DNA of 64,000 nt from Lytechinus pictus (taxonomy: Eukaryota). Position numbers and translations under genes: made by a program. Shown here in pieces: positions 21,848 to 36,351 of this stretch. The DNA is taken from contig NC_087249.1 in NCBI RefSeq assembly GCF_037042905.1, positions 7,070,001 to 7,134,000 of the forward strand. Direction: 5' to 3'. The notes beneath the pieces were generated by a model. It saw only the letters and a program-made list of their open reading frames with translations. It was not told where the DNA came from and made no database searches. Each line of letters starts with the position of its first letter. Positions within the stretch are counted from its first letter, which is position 1.

Positions 21848-24800
21848 CTGTAAAAAATAAGACATTCGTGAATGATGTAGATGGTACAGATAATAATCAT
21901 AATAGGTATTTATTTAGCGCCATCTATCTAGAAAAATATTATATTTTGAGGCGCGATGTTATCATACAAATCATGCCCATCTGTATGGATCGATGGCCAG
22001 AGTACCAACATACGACGGTTTCCATCAGAGATATTTAAACATGTGCAAATCCAGTTATTTGGCCTTTTATATTCGAACAGGTCATACAGATATCTTTTAT
22101 TACCAATCAAATACTACATTAACTTCTGTGTATCACTAATGAATCATGAATATTTCATACAAATAAAAATACCTTTTATACAAAAATCTTTATTCACACT
22201 GAGGTCAAATATCTGTTCAAATTCATTTCCCTTTTGTCATGCATGAAATATGAAATAAATATTGCAACCTATCCAATCACAAAGTTACCCATAAATTACA
22301 AGAAATCGTTCAGGCCTCAAACCCCATCTCTACATCTTAGACGGAATAAAGCCCGGAGCAATTGTTGTGAGCTATTCCATGTATTATTGTCAATGGGATA
22401 GTTTTGTTTGCCAGAGTTTTTGTTTATTTTCCAGAGTTTTTTCATGCAACAGGCCCCAGTTTGGTATGAAGGCCCCTTCCCAACCCTAACAACAATCATT
22501 GTTATATGAGACCTGGATAGATCCTTGTCATTTGATTGGTTGTTTGATATCGATCATTCAGCCCATTTTACAATGACTTCATCATCCATGCAATTTTGTC
22601 CATTGCACGCGCGCACTTAGACCGTATGTACGCGACAATCAACAGACTGAGCTCGCACTGCATGAGTGTATTTTTGCATCAAAATTCATAAATTTCAAAT
22701 TACATGGATCGATTTTTAGGTGTCATATAAAGCAAATAATGAATGTTCTTTTCATATGTGCAATGGACCAAATACTTCATTTGGTGAAAGATGAAATGGA
22801 TCCTTGCATCTTTCACCTTATGAAGTATTCTGTCCATTGCGCTCATAAATATTAATTATGGCCTGTATTCTGAACTAGGGTTTTAATTAAACCCTGGTTT
22901 AAAGTTGTGCTTTAACTATGGAGAGCCAATCGGGGCACAAATCCCTAACAGTACACATTCAATATATTAACACTCAAATTGTTCATAATTGTCTGGGAAT
23001 GATAACTGAAGTATTTTTCTTCATTATGAAAGCAAAAGGAAACAAACTAGTAAACATAAGAAATATACAATATGAACAGAATTTTTTAACTTTTGGTTCC
23101 CCATAATTTTAGCACAGATTTAGATCGTGGTTTAAGTTAGACCTGACTTCAGAATACAGGCCTATTTGTATACTACCCTACCTCTCCGTGTTGGCTCATC
23201 TGGCTCATGGCCCTGTCGATCATCTGTTGAGCCTCCAGCTTGGTCAGGGTACCATTCTTGGACAAGGAGCCCTTCTCATGGGGTAGGACCACTAGATTCT
23301 GACTGGAGTAGGTGTGGCTATTGTCCAGGATAAGTCCGGTGTTGTCATAAGCATTCAGGGTGTAGTTGCCTTTGGAGGGGTGTCGGCAGAGTTGGTTACG
23401 TAGCACGGTATAGAAAAAGAAGGCGTACAGACCCTGGGAGAATGAGGAAGGGTAGAGATATTTTAAAAATCGCAGACTAGGCTCTGCCAGAGAGGGAAAC
23501 CTTGATATTTGACATTAAAAAGATAAAAAGTTCAGGGACTCATCACACAAAACTAAGTCATTGATTGTTTATCTAAATTTAACTTTCAAATTCTAATTTA
23601 TACTTGATTTCATTGAACGTTATATGTAATTCAACGCACAAATCAATTATAGGATCACAAAGTTTTGTTACAGACCTCACGAGAGAGAGAGAAAAAAAAC
23701 ATTGCCATAAAACTTTAGCCAAGGAAAATCTCTTCTTTTAAAAATATGTTGTGGACCTACTGTTCAAAATACAAAGCTGAAATAAAACTACATGTAATAA
23801 GATGATTTATAGCATTTATGAGGCGCCAATTATCAAATGGCGCACTATATATTTCCCAGGCTTTAGCTCCAAATGCTAAAGGTGCCAATTTGAGATTTAC
23901 ATATTCTTAGGGATCTCAATTTAAAACAGCCAACACTTTCTCATTGCTCGTCCAATTTCTGTCATTCTCTCGCCCTTCTGTTTTACTTATTTTTTCTCCT
24001 CTCTCACACAACATTTTATGACCAAGGTTTGGACCCCCCTTTAATGGAATAACCCAGATGCAAATCATCACAATGTTGTCTCATGAAAAGTACTGCATTG
24101 AAACATACCTGTAGTATATTGAAGACGCAGAAGAGGACAAGCTGCCATAGTTGACTGTAGGCCATGTGGAGACCTCCCCACAGCCAGGTAAATGCTATGA
24201 GTAACCAGAATACGAGCATCAGCTTGTATTCTGAACAAAGCGATAGAGAAAAAAGAATAAATAAGTCAATACATTGGAAAATGCAAACTAAGGTTTCTCT
24301 AGCATAAATACTGTTACAGAAAATTACTATGATTTGATACCAAAGAACATTTGATATACAGGGAGGAGAGCAAGGTAGTATGAAATCTTTATACCCCCAC
24401 CAAATGAAGTTTGAAGGGTGTATATGAATCAGAATCAGCGTACGGTCGATCGGTCCGTTGCCGTTTGAACTACTTCCTCAGTTTTAACCGATCCTCAAGA
24501 AATCTGGCGCACATTGATCTCGTGGTAAAGATCTGCGAGACACATTTTTCACATTTGTCAGAAATTGTGTTGCCATGGTAACCACATATTATGGACGAAA
24601 ATCCAGGAAAACTCATTGTGGATCAAACTACTTCCCGAGTGCTGATGAAAGTTGGCATAAATGTTCATCTTGGGGTAAAGACATGCAATATTCATTTTCT
24701 CAATATGTTGGAAACTGCATTACCATGGTAACAGCATAGGTCGGGGGTATTGATCACCTTTATCATCATCAACATCATCATCATCATCGTAACCATATCA

Positions 24801-25108
24801 TTGTTGAAATCACTATTGTAAAAATGATCACAATGACAACAACCAACTACAGTTTTCATGTTGTGTCATATCATCATCATCATCATCGTTGAACTCACCG
24901 TTATAAACATGATCACGATGACGACCACCACCCCACCAAGCTCATGTTTTCATGCAGTTTCATATTATCATCATTTCATTGTTGAAAATCTCCATTACAA
25001 ACATGATCTCAATGACGACCACCACCCCACCAAACTCGTTTTTTGTGTGTCATATAATCATCATCATCACCATGACAATCATCATCATCATCATCACCAT
25101 CATTCGTC

Positions 25109-25139
<31 letters not shown>

Positions 25140-28100
25140 CCATATCATTGATAAAACTACCACTGATTATAAACATGATCACAACGACGACACCACCCAA
25201 CCAAACTCATATCATCATCATTATTTATTCCTTAACCACCACCACCACCACAACCATCAACACTACTACCAACGCCACCTCACCATCATCATCACCAAAC
25301 ACCGCCACCACTGCCAATTTCCTCCTGATAAGCCATACCTGTGGTGTTGTAGCTGCCCATGTAGACATCGTCATATCGCTTCCACTGCGGTTTGACTTGG
25401 TAGGCCTGTATGACCACTACAAAAACTCCAATCAGAGACAGAGCAGCGGGTGCCATGGCTGTAGCAAGAGCAGCATAGCCGTTGGGCATGAAACATCTGC
25501 AAGAGGATTCATAAACAAAACAATGAATTCATGAACCATTGAGTCTTGCCTGATTTTGTGATCAATGAAATATGCAATATGATCTTTTGACCCCTAGATG
25601 ACCTTTGAACTTATCCTCATGAACACACATGTGGTATTGCCCAAGGATCATTAGTACAAAGTGTAAACACAACTGATGCAGAAATAAAGAAATGAGAATA
25701 AGTTGAGCCAGAACTTGACCTTTTGACCCCTAGATGATGACCCCATCATCCTCAACAGCACACATGTGGTATTACCCATGGATCATTTGAACTAAGTGCA
25801 AACACAGTTGATGCAGAAATAAAGACATGAGAGCAAGTTTTTTAAAAAACTTTAACGGACCAACAGGAAAAGTGATTACTATGTCTCTGCCGAACTTTGT
25901 TCAGGCGAGACAAAAACTTTGTATATCAAACCTGGGCCCCGTAACGTTTAGGTTAGTGATTGATTATGACGCTGACTTTTACGATAGATCATATACAATA
26001 ATAAATAATAATACAAATCATGTTCAAAAGGATTTGAAATAGTTGATGGGTAAATACCCTTGATCAAATGCAAATTTCATGCAAATGAATGTGATTTAAC
26101 ACAACAGCAATTCCTTTCAACGATGATCTTGATTGCGAATACCTTTGCACGGCAAAAGTCAAGCGGCAGCTCGGGTTAAAGTCTGCGTAACAATAGTTGT
26201 GCTTTGAATTCTCTTTACGATATTATTATTATATGGCCCAAAATCAGGAAGGATTGAAATAAAGATTCCTTACAATAAAACCCTATTATTAGTTTTTCAG
26301 GTTGTTTTAATATTTCTTAAAATCTTTTCTGATTCAGGGCCATATAACATTAATCTGTTTTAATAGCATAAATATCTATCAACATCTCCACAAACTGATA
26401 CAAAATTTGAAGTCACAAATTTGGCTCGTTAAAACCCAGTATACATAAGGTTGTGTGAAACTTCAGTTTTTAGCCACCCCCCCCCCCCCCTCTTAAAGGT
26501 AAAAGACAGTAGTTGCAAGAAACAACTATTTCATGAGAAAGCCTTTAAAATCAAGGTTAATTGTCAAAATATCATCATACATCTAGATCTAGTATATTAA
26601 TGTAAACTCATCTTTGTAAAATCATGAAATTTGAGCTCAAAATTGATTATTCTGATGATCACTAACACAGTTAAGCATATGTGGGACAGTGTATTAATAT
26701 TGATTCGAAAAATACCAGACATTTTATGGAATTCCCTGCTTATTTTGCTCATTTCTCAGCAATTATGCATTTTCTTCAAGAGACAATTGGCACATATTTT
26801 TTATTCATACATACAAACACTTTGGTTGTAATTTCATTGGATTCTGTTCAAACTCATTTTGAGATCATTACCACAACTGGTATTTATCTTTAAATGGTTA
26901 CTTTTATACAGCTTATAATAAGCTGCTGATGCATTTTACAACATAACAAATTATGTTGACATAGTTAATTAACAAACGTAAATAGTACATGACTGTATAA
27001 GCATGTTTGTCATAAAGCCAGTCAGGACAATACATAGTTTGATAACTCAGGCTAAAGATAAAGGTATTTGGTGAAGACGGTGGGTGTTTCATAAAGCTGT
27101 TTTGTAAGTTACCAGCTACTTTAAGAACGACTGGGGATCCTATGTTGTGGGGAAATGATATACACCAAATTTTCATTAATGCTGATCTAGCTCCTAAGAA
27201 GGATCACCAGTTGTTTCTAAAGTTGCTTGTTACTAACAAACAGCTTTATGAAACACCCACCAGAGGGGTGTTTCACAAAGATCTAAGCATGACTTAATTC
27301 AATACCGATGCCTTTTTTATGATTGATCAATTCACAGTAGTGAGCGTCCTCATGGCATGATCTGACCAATGCGGTCAAGCCTTTTATGACGCTCGCAACC
27401 TGGCATTAAAGCGCGACTCTAAGTCATACTTAAATCTCCATGAATCACCCCCAAGGAGGGATACACTTACATGTCTTCTTTGCCATTGACATCCCCATAG
27501 ATTGCCTGAAGGGTACCCGATGACTTGTCTTGGAAGAAATCCCATCCTAGGCCGGCATATGCCACCACCACGTACACGACAATCACGAGAGCTGGCAGCG
27601 CTGTGGTGAGGAAATCAACATAAGATAATGGATACTGAAATAATTCAAAATTTACTTTTATTAGCAATTTTGGCAAGGTGCTTTTTTACACTCTGCATCC
27701 AAGTGTTAAATGTGTACACGGTAGGATGTGAAAGCGATTACATGTAGATTTATGTGTGAAACATTGATGGATCTTATAACCAGGAGAATATTAATAACAA
27801 TGTAAAGTTCTTAGAAATACAAAGTATGAAGCGCAATATAAATGTAACTACATGTATTATTATTATCATTAATCAACTGTTAAGAAAGATAGCCTGCTCA
27901 ATTTAAAAAAGTTCTTTTCTAACCAGGGGTGGATTCGATGGCAGGAGTTGAACTAACTTCCCCCCCCCCCCAACATCTTTCATGACCATTCCACTGTACA
28001 AACTTTTTATGCCGCACTAATGAAGTCTCGCGCATCTTTTGAGGTCGCATTTGCAATGTCCAGGTACGCAGTTCCGAAATAACGTAACATACTGTATTGT

Positions 28101-31100
28101 GCTTGTCGGATTCTAAATTGCTTCAAAGCATGAATTTGTGTACAAAGTCAATGTAAATGGCATTTTTTTCCTTTATAATATAATTATTTTCACTTTCAAA
28201 ATTGATTGATTTTAGTATAATTATGCTTCAAAAAGATTCAGCAATAAAAATGGCACTCAAAAATGAGAAATACAAAGAATAGTTTACACCACAAATTAAA
28301 ATTATATACGATCTATTTGGTGAACTATTTTTATGCATAAGTTAGCATAATTAAACAATATTAAATAAACTTTTGAAAGAAATCAACAATACATTGCACA
28401 CTACCAGTTCAACAATTTTTGAAGGGCTCGGGGAGGGGGGGGGGGTGATTAACTCAAAGATAAATAGTTTTTTTTTAAGCATCTAGAATACAGAAATGCA
28501 TTTCATATTTTCATATCCTTTTCATTTCCAGAATATATTTCATTCATCAACTTGAACATTTGAAAGAAAAAAGAAATTTTGTATTATGTAATATAATAAC
28601 TGAGGTCAAATTTAAAACTGAATTTATTAAGGCTAAAATGCAAAGTTGTGAGACATCTCACCCTCTTCGACATAAGACCAAACCAACAACCAAAATAACT
28701 TACCCCATCCGAGCACAAAGAAGAGTACATAGAACCGGTCTGTGTGTTCATCATTCAAAATGAATACCTTCCAGAAGTTCACAGACTGTTTGAAAATAAA
28801 ATGAAAATTTTATATATCATCAGAAAGGAATAGGACAAGAAAAATGGAACATTTATTCTTGATAAGTAATAATTTATCCTAGAAAAACATTTCCATTAAC
28901 CATCTCATACAAGTTTCATTTATGGACAAAACATTAAGTCGTAACTAAAATTTAGACAAGAAAACAAGAATTTACAATTACTTCTAAAGATTTATGTTCA
29001 AAATCTATCATCCTTGTGAATACCTGTTACAGTTTCTACAATGTGCAACTTAAATTCATTCAATCTACACTATTTCGTCGTCTAGAGGACAATGCGCAAC
29101 ATGGAAATAATTTCTTTTCCATCTTTTGATTTGTCCCTACTACTCTCTTATTCCATTGAAGTCTTATAAGCTTCAATCTTTTCTATTTTATCTATGTATC
29201 TCTGTATGTTGCATGTATGGATTGTCTATGCCAAAGAGTAGGCACATGTATATTGTTACATTGTAGTTATTCGCCATGGTCCTGGGTTGATTAAAAAATG
29301 TGAAAAAAAGGAAATGTTTCATTGAATCACAATATTGTTTAAAGGACAAGTCCACCCCAACAAAAAGTTGATACATGTATGAATAAAGAGAGACAAATCC
29401 AACAAGCATAACACTGAAAATTTCATTATAATCGGATGTAAAATGAGAAAGTTATGACATTTTGAAATTTCGCTTAATTTCACACAACAGTTATATGCAC
29501 ATCCTGATCGGTATGCAAATGAGGAGACTGATGATGTCATCCACTCACTATTTCTTTTGTATTTTACTATATGAAATATTCTGATTTTGAAAATTGTTAT
29601 GTGAAATCAAGTTTTATTCCTCCCTGAACATGTGGGATTAACATTGTTTAACATTATGTGGTTCAGTCAAGTTTTACATTATTATCAATTCTGTAAAAAA
29701 AAAAAAATTGTATAATTTAAACAATAAAAAACAAAAGAAATAGTGAGTGATGGGCATCATCGAATCTCTCATTTGCATATAGCTGAGTTGTGCATATAAC
29801 TGTTTTGAGAAAAATAAGTGAAAACCATAACTTTCTTATTTCACCTCCAATTTTGATGAAATTTTTAGCATTATGCTTATCAGATTTTTCTCTATTGATT
29901 CAAATGAACATTTTTCTGGGGTGGACTTGACCTTTAATAAAACAATGACAAATGACACATGTTCAGGGAGGAATCAAAGTTAATGTCACATCATGAGGAG
30001 AAAATAAAAATATTTATCATTTCGCATAACAAACTAAAAAAAAAGAAATAGAGAGTGGGTGACGTCTTTGGTACCCTCATTTGCATACCAACCAGGATGT
30101 GCATATAAAATTAAGAATTTAAAAAACTCCATAACTTTCTTATTTTACCTACGATTTCGATGAAATTCTCAGTTATTCTTGTTTGATTTTACTAACTTTG
30201 ACATGATCAAAGCTTGAATTTGAAAGCACTAAATTTGACCTGAAAATTGGAAGCATAAACGCATCCTATGTGCGTACTACACAAAAATGGGCATACGTGT
30301 CTGTACATGTAGTCTGGGAATAGAATGAAATGGAAAATGAAGAAATAAAACATTAGACCAAATGGGTTTGAGGCAAAGTGGGATTAGACCAAGTGGCTAT
30401 TTACCTGTATCAACATCCATGTGAACTGAGAGAGGAAGAAGAAATGCATGACGACACCCAGAGCTGAACATCCTTGAACACCAACCGAACTACTGATGTA
30501 TGCAGAGATTACAAACACAATCTATAGAGAGGAAAAGAAGGGAATCACAAGGATTTTTTTTTAATAATTATTTATTGATAATAATAATAATAATAATATT
30601 AATAATAATAATGATAATAATGATGATAATAATAACAATAATAATAATCATAATAATAATAACAATATCAATATCAATAATAACAATAATGATAATAATA
30701 TGATGAAACACTTATGTAGTGCTTAATATTAAATAAACGCTGCATACTACTCAATCTCTTTCATTTTCATTTCCAATCAAATTCTCTTCATCCCACCATC
30801 CCAACAGTCCTTTTCAGGACTAATCACAATGGCCCGAATTCACAAAGGTGGTTTTGAAAACCCACGGTTGAGTCCATGGTTTATGCAGATTTCCTGTATA
30901 CATTACGCTTATTTTACCGCGTATATTAAACAAGTGGAATGCCTCTGGCCGTCTCACCTGCATCACGCGATTCAATATAGCAGCAGTGCTGATTTTGAAA
31001 ACTACTATAACTCGCACAAGATGTTCAGTGATACTTGGTTACTCTTATTTCCACGTTTTATGAACTAGACCAATACACTTATAGAGATATGATGGCAATT

Positions 31101-34100
31101 CAACAAATACCCCCAACGTGGCCAAAGTTCTTTGACCTTACATGACCTTTGACCTTGATCATGTGACCTGAAACTCGCACAGGATGTTCAGTGATACTTG
31201 ATTACTATTATGTCCAAGTTTTATGAACTAGACCAACACACTTTCAAATTCATGGCTGTAATTCAACAAATACCCCAATTTGGCCAAAGTTCATTGACCC
31301 TAAATGACCTTTGACCTTGATCATGTGACCTGAAACTTGCACAGGATGTTCAGTAATACTTGATTACTATTATGTCCAAGTTTCATGAATCAGATCCATA
31401 AACTTTCAAAGTTATGATGGTAATTCAACAGATACCCCCAATTCGGCCAAAGTTCATTGACCCTAAATGACCTTTGACCTTGGTCATGTGATGTGAAACT
31501 CATGCAGGATGTTCAGTGATACTTGATTAACCTTATGTATAAGTTTCATGAACTAGGTCCATATATTTTCTAAGTTATGATGACATTTCAAAAACTTAAC
31601 CTTAGGTTAAGATTTTGATGTTGATTCCCCCAACATGGTCTAAGTTCATTGACCCTAAATGACCTTTGACCTTGGTCATGTGACATGAAACTCAGGCAGG
31701 ATGTTCAGTAATACTTGATTAACCTTATGGCCAAGTTTCATGAACTAGGTCCATATACTTTCTAAGTTATGCTGTCATTTCAAAAACTTAACCTCAGGTT
31801 AAGATTTGGTGTTGACGCCGCCGTCGCCGTCGGAAAAGCGGCGCCTATAGTCTCACTCTGCTATGCAGGTGAGACAAAAATGTCCAATGCTGATACGTGC
31901 TTTTGTCACAGTGTGCCAAATTGACGCTTGTTGCCGTGGTTATCCACGCTATTTTATTCATGAGTCCACTGTTTTTATTCATGAGTCTACTCTTCAAAAA
32001 GTGGACTCATGAATAAAATAGCGTATCTTACCATGGTAACAGGCGTCAATTTGGCGCACTGTGACAAAAGCGTGCATCAGCATAGGACGTTTTTTATACA
32101 CGTGCCGGATACGCGCTAAATTAAGCGTAATGTATACAGGAAATCTGCATAAACCATGGATTCAACCGTGGGTTTTCAAAACCACCTTTGTGAATTCCTC
32201 ATTTTTTTCTCTGAAAACCAAAATGAGGAACGACATATCTCACCTGCAGTGCCATACATGAAAAGCAGAGGTGTAGTAGAAGCTTGGCAGCAAACATACA
32301 CTGGACCGCACAGAACCAATGGGCTACCAGTGCCAAGAACATACCACCCTAGTAAAAAGAAAAAAAAAAATTTTCATTTAAAAAACAAAATGTGCCATTT
32401 CATAAACGACATGTAAAGTTTCTTCATACATGTACATACATTATCAGTTTTGTGCCCCTTAACATAAAAGATACAATTATTTGTTACATTAATCATAAAT
32501 GTAAGTTGATGGGAAACCATGTACAAAAAGGGTGATTGTATTTGTAAACACATGTATAAAAGGCAAAGTTAACATTGATTTGACTTTTAAAAATCTGAGC
32601 TGCAAGGTCCCACTTGTCATGAAGCCCACTGTTATCACACCCAAAAACCATTTAGTGCTTTAAAAAAGTACTACACACAGTGGCCGGAAACACCCTCTTC
32701 ATTTCATCCCATACACTAACAGCGTATCAATATGTTATACCCCTGTGATTACACAAGCCTCGGGATCAACCTTCAAATTTACCAATTCAAGAACATAAAA
32801 ACTCAAATCTAGCTATGAAAAATAACAGCAAGTAAATAATGAATGCTGAAATTGAACTAAATCGAAAGATGACTGTCTTGTAACTTAGACATAAAGTCAT
32901 GTTGTCCATATTGTCCAACACACAATATCAGGTCTTCTGTCATGAGAAGATAATTATATTCCTACTTCTTTTCATCACCAGCAGAGGATGCAGGAACTGG
33001 CTTTGGCTAAGTGGCCTGTTCTTAAAGTAGCTCCTAACTTAATACAAACAGCTTTATGAAATACCCCAAGGTTCCCAAATCATATTCAGTGCATAACCTC
33101 CGGGGGGGGGGGGGGGGGGGGGGGGAACCAGTCAAATGTATTGCTGTACACATTGCATGACCAAATCTGTGTGCAAAATAACCCCCTAAAAAGTTTATCG
33201 CTGGCTTCATTTACACATTTTGGCCCCTAAGCAAGTTGTCGCCAGAATATGACCCCTAAATAAGTTTTGTCCAATTGCTAACAATAAGCTTAAATAGACA
33301 AAACTATATTCATAGGTATTGCATGCCCCCAGTGCAATTAGGGAAATACCACAATCGGGACGAACCCGAAAACTTTTCAGAAACGAGGAGGAAAAAGCCC
33401 CGGAGAAAAGGTTTGGAAAAAAAACATACCCTAAACACGTTTGGCTAGCCTTTAAAAAAAAAAAGATTTGGAAAAAAAATACCCTAAATACGTTTGACCC
33501 CGCGATTGACCATTGACAAATCTTTCAAAACCACCCTTTTTTTTGAAAATCTGTGTTTTTGATCCCCTTAACGAGTGCCACGCGGCCCGCGTACAAAACT
33601 GAAAAAAAAACACCCCTTTAAACGTGTTTTTTTTGGTCACGCATGTGTACAGTGATATATTTGACTGCCCCCCCCCCCCCCCCCGGCATACCCACACTAC
33701 TAGAAACATTTCAATAGTACTCACAATGCAAATGAAGCAGGACGCATAGACGTATTGGTTGTATCCAATCAGATTGTCTGTCTGAGCCTGTACTGCGTAC
33801 TCCGAGAGATGATTGCAAGAACATTCAACAAAGTCACCATCATCAGACTGGATAGAAAGACGAACAAAGAAAGGATGAGTTGATAGTCAGACATGATGTT
33901 TACGAGAAGAAAAATTCAATCAGGATATAAATGCAAACTACATGTACGTAATGGTACAAACATACAGTTTAGACTCAGAAAATAGACTAGAATTAATTTC
34001 ATATTGTGTTTTGATAAAATCTACGTCATTATACTTATCATATTTCTTTGTTATGCAAAGAAATAGGAGAATACACCAGCATTAATAGATTTGCCAAAAA

Positions 34101-36317
34101 AAAAAGAAATAAAGCTTATCAATCAAACAACAACTGAAGTTTCTAGAAAGTTCTGTTGCCGCCTGTTTCAGTAAACAAATCAGATCCTGGAGATGGTCTG
34201 CAATAAAACTCGAAAATCTGACTTCACTTCGCTTGGAAGTTTTCTTCATCACTTTGTGATTACTGGGAAAGTATTGCTTACTTACCACTAAGTTGCAAAA
34301 GCTGGTTAGCCACTGACGTGAAGGACCGTTGTACAGGATACATGATGCTCCGAGGGGGGTGACCCTAGAGCCGCCGGTGGAGATGCGGTATTGGACCGGT
34401 GTCAACAGGTTGGTGAAATTCGTCTCTGCTCCCCTGATACCCACAGACAAAACCTAAAGAAAGAAAGAGAGTTGGAGAGATTGAGGTTGTGAATACATTG
34501 AGTGTGGTTATTGATGAGGGGGGTGATGATAATGATGATGATGATGACTATGATCATGATGGTGATGACGAGTCTGATGATCGATGATGATGATAGCGAT
34601 GACAACAATGCTGCTGCTGATTAAGGTGGTGATGGAGATGATGATGAGAACGATAATGAGTTCAATGATGGCGGAGAAAGTGATGGTGGTGATCATGATT
34701 AAAATGAAGTGGACAATAACAATGACAATTGATAAATAATTAACAAACAATAAAATAAATAACAATAACAAAAACAAAATCAATTGTTTATTTATTTACT
34801 AAAGCGACAATCAGATGGATATTACCATTACCATTCATATCAAACTAGAAGTTGTAACAATTACAACCCTCCTTTACCACATACAGTCTTAACCAAAATC
34901 TTTTTTTTTTTTTGGGGGGGGGGGGGGGGGTTTACCACTCTTTTGGATTTCATTACCTACATGTAATTCTGTTAAATTATGTAAATATTTTTGTTAATCA
35001 GTTTAAATGTGCATCTCCGGGACAAAACACTCAACCCCCCCCCCCCCCATTCTCTCTCTCTTATTTATCCTGTATTTATGTTATTATTATACTGTTTTTG
35101 TGCTAATTTTACATGTACAGTATTAATATAATTTTTGTTATTAGTACATGTAGGGGGCCAGTTTATACAAGCAGTTGTGCTTCATTTGACCCCTCCACAT
35201 GTAAAATATCTTTTAACATCAAATCTGTATATACAGGTGTATAATTTTTTTTTTGTGGAAATAAAGTTGAATTTGAATCAAAAAGATATAATTTACCTGT
35301 TCATTCAGTGTGTCCAAGCCATCGTTGCCATGGAACCACTGTTGACTGTTGTACTCAATAAAGTGCACATCCTCACACTTGGGGTCATTGGAACTCTTTC
35401 CATGAAGCTCCACATTCAATAGATCACTTGGTAGAGTGAAGAAGTTATTCTCCCTGAGGAAAAGATGTGATCAAGAAATCATGCAGATGTTAAGAAGGCA
35501 ACATTAAGGCTGACTATATATGTACATAATTTCTGTTTATCTATTAACTCATTCATTCATTCGTTCGTTCATTCACTTATTCATTTAATCATTTCTTTAT
35601 TCATTTCTATGTTCATCATTCATTCATTCATTCATTCATTTATTCATTTATTTATTTATTTATTTATCTATTCCTTTATTTATTTATTCATTTATTCATT
35701 CATTCATTCATTCATTTACTTAATATTTCTTTATTCATTTCTTTGTTCATTTATTTATTTATTCATTCATTCGTTCATTCACTCACTCACTTCCTTGTAC
35801 TTTTTTATGTATTTATTTATTCATTAATTCATTTATCTATTCATTTTTTAAATTCATTCATTCATTTGTTCACTTTTTTATTCATTTATTCATTTATTCA
35901 TTTCACTTATATATATATATACATATATACATTGTATCTAAACAGAGAGAGAGAAAGAGCAGGGACCATAAAATACAACTTACTTCCCATCGAACCTATG
36001 CCCATTGACCGTACCAGGGAGCCACCTTGCCACCTCCAGCTTAGCGAGATCACACTCCATGATCCTCGGTTCCATAGTCTCACACTCTGATCCTGTCACA
36101 AGGGTGTAGGAGAATGCAGTGAAGGATTCGGCCAAGGCATAGACGCCACGGCTGTCCGACCTGGTGGGCATCATCAAGGTGCAGTAGAGACTCATCATCT
36201 GGTTCTGGATGTCATTCTGCAACCTGTCAGTTGAAAAAAAGTAGTAGTAGTAGTAGTAGTAATAGTAGTTGTTTATTAGTATTAGTAGTACTAGTAGTGA
36301 TAGTAGAAGTAGTACAT

Positions 36318-36351
<34 letters not shown>

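Noticed and set aside
31010..31800. Regularly spaced repeats resembling a CRISPR array
   Set aside because: Whole 162-190 bp units repeat with no unique spacers, no cas genes are present, and the context is a eukaryotic intron inside a HINE-like element.
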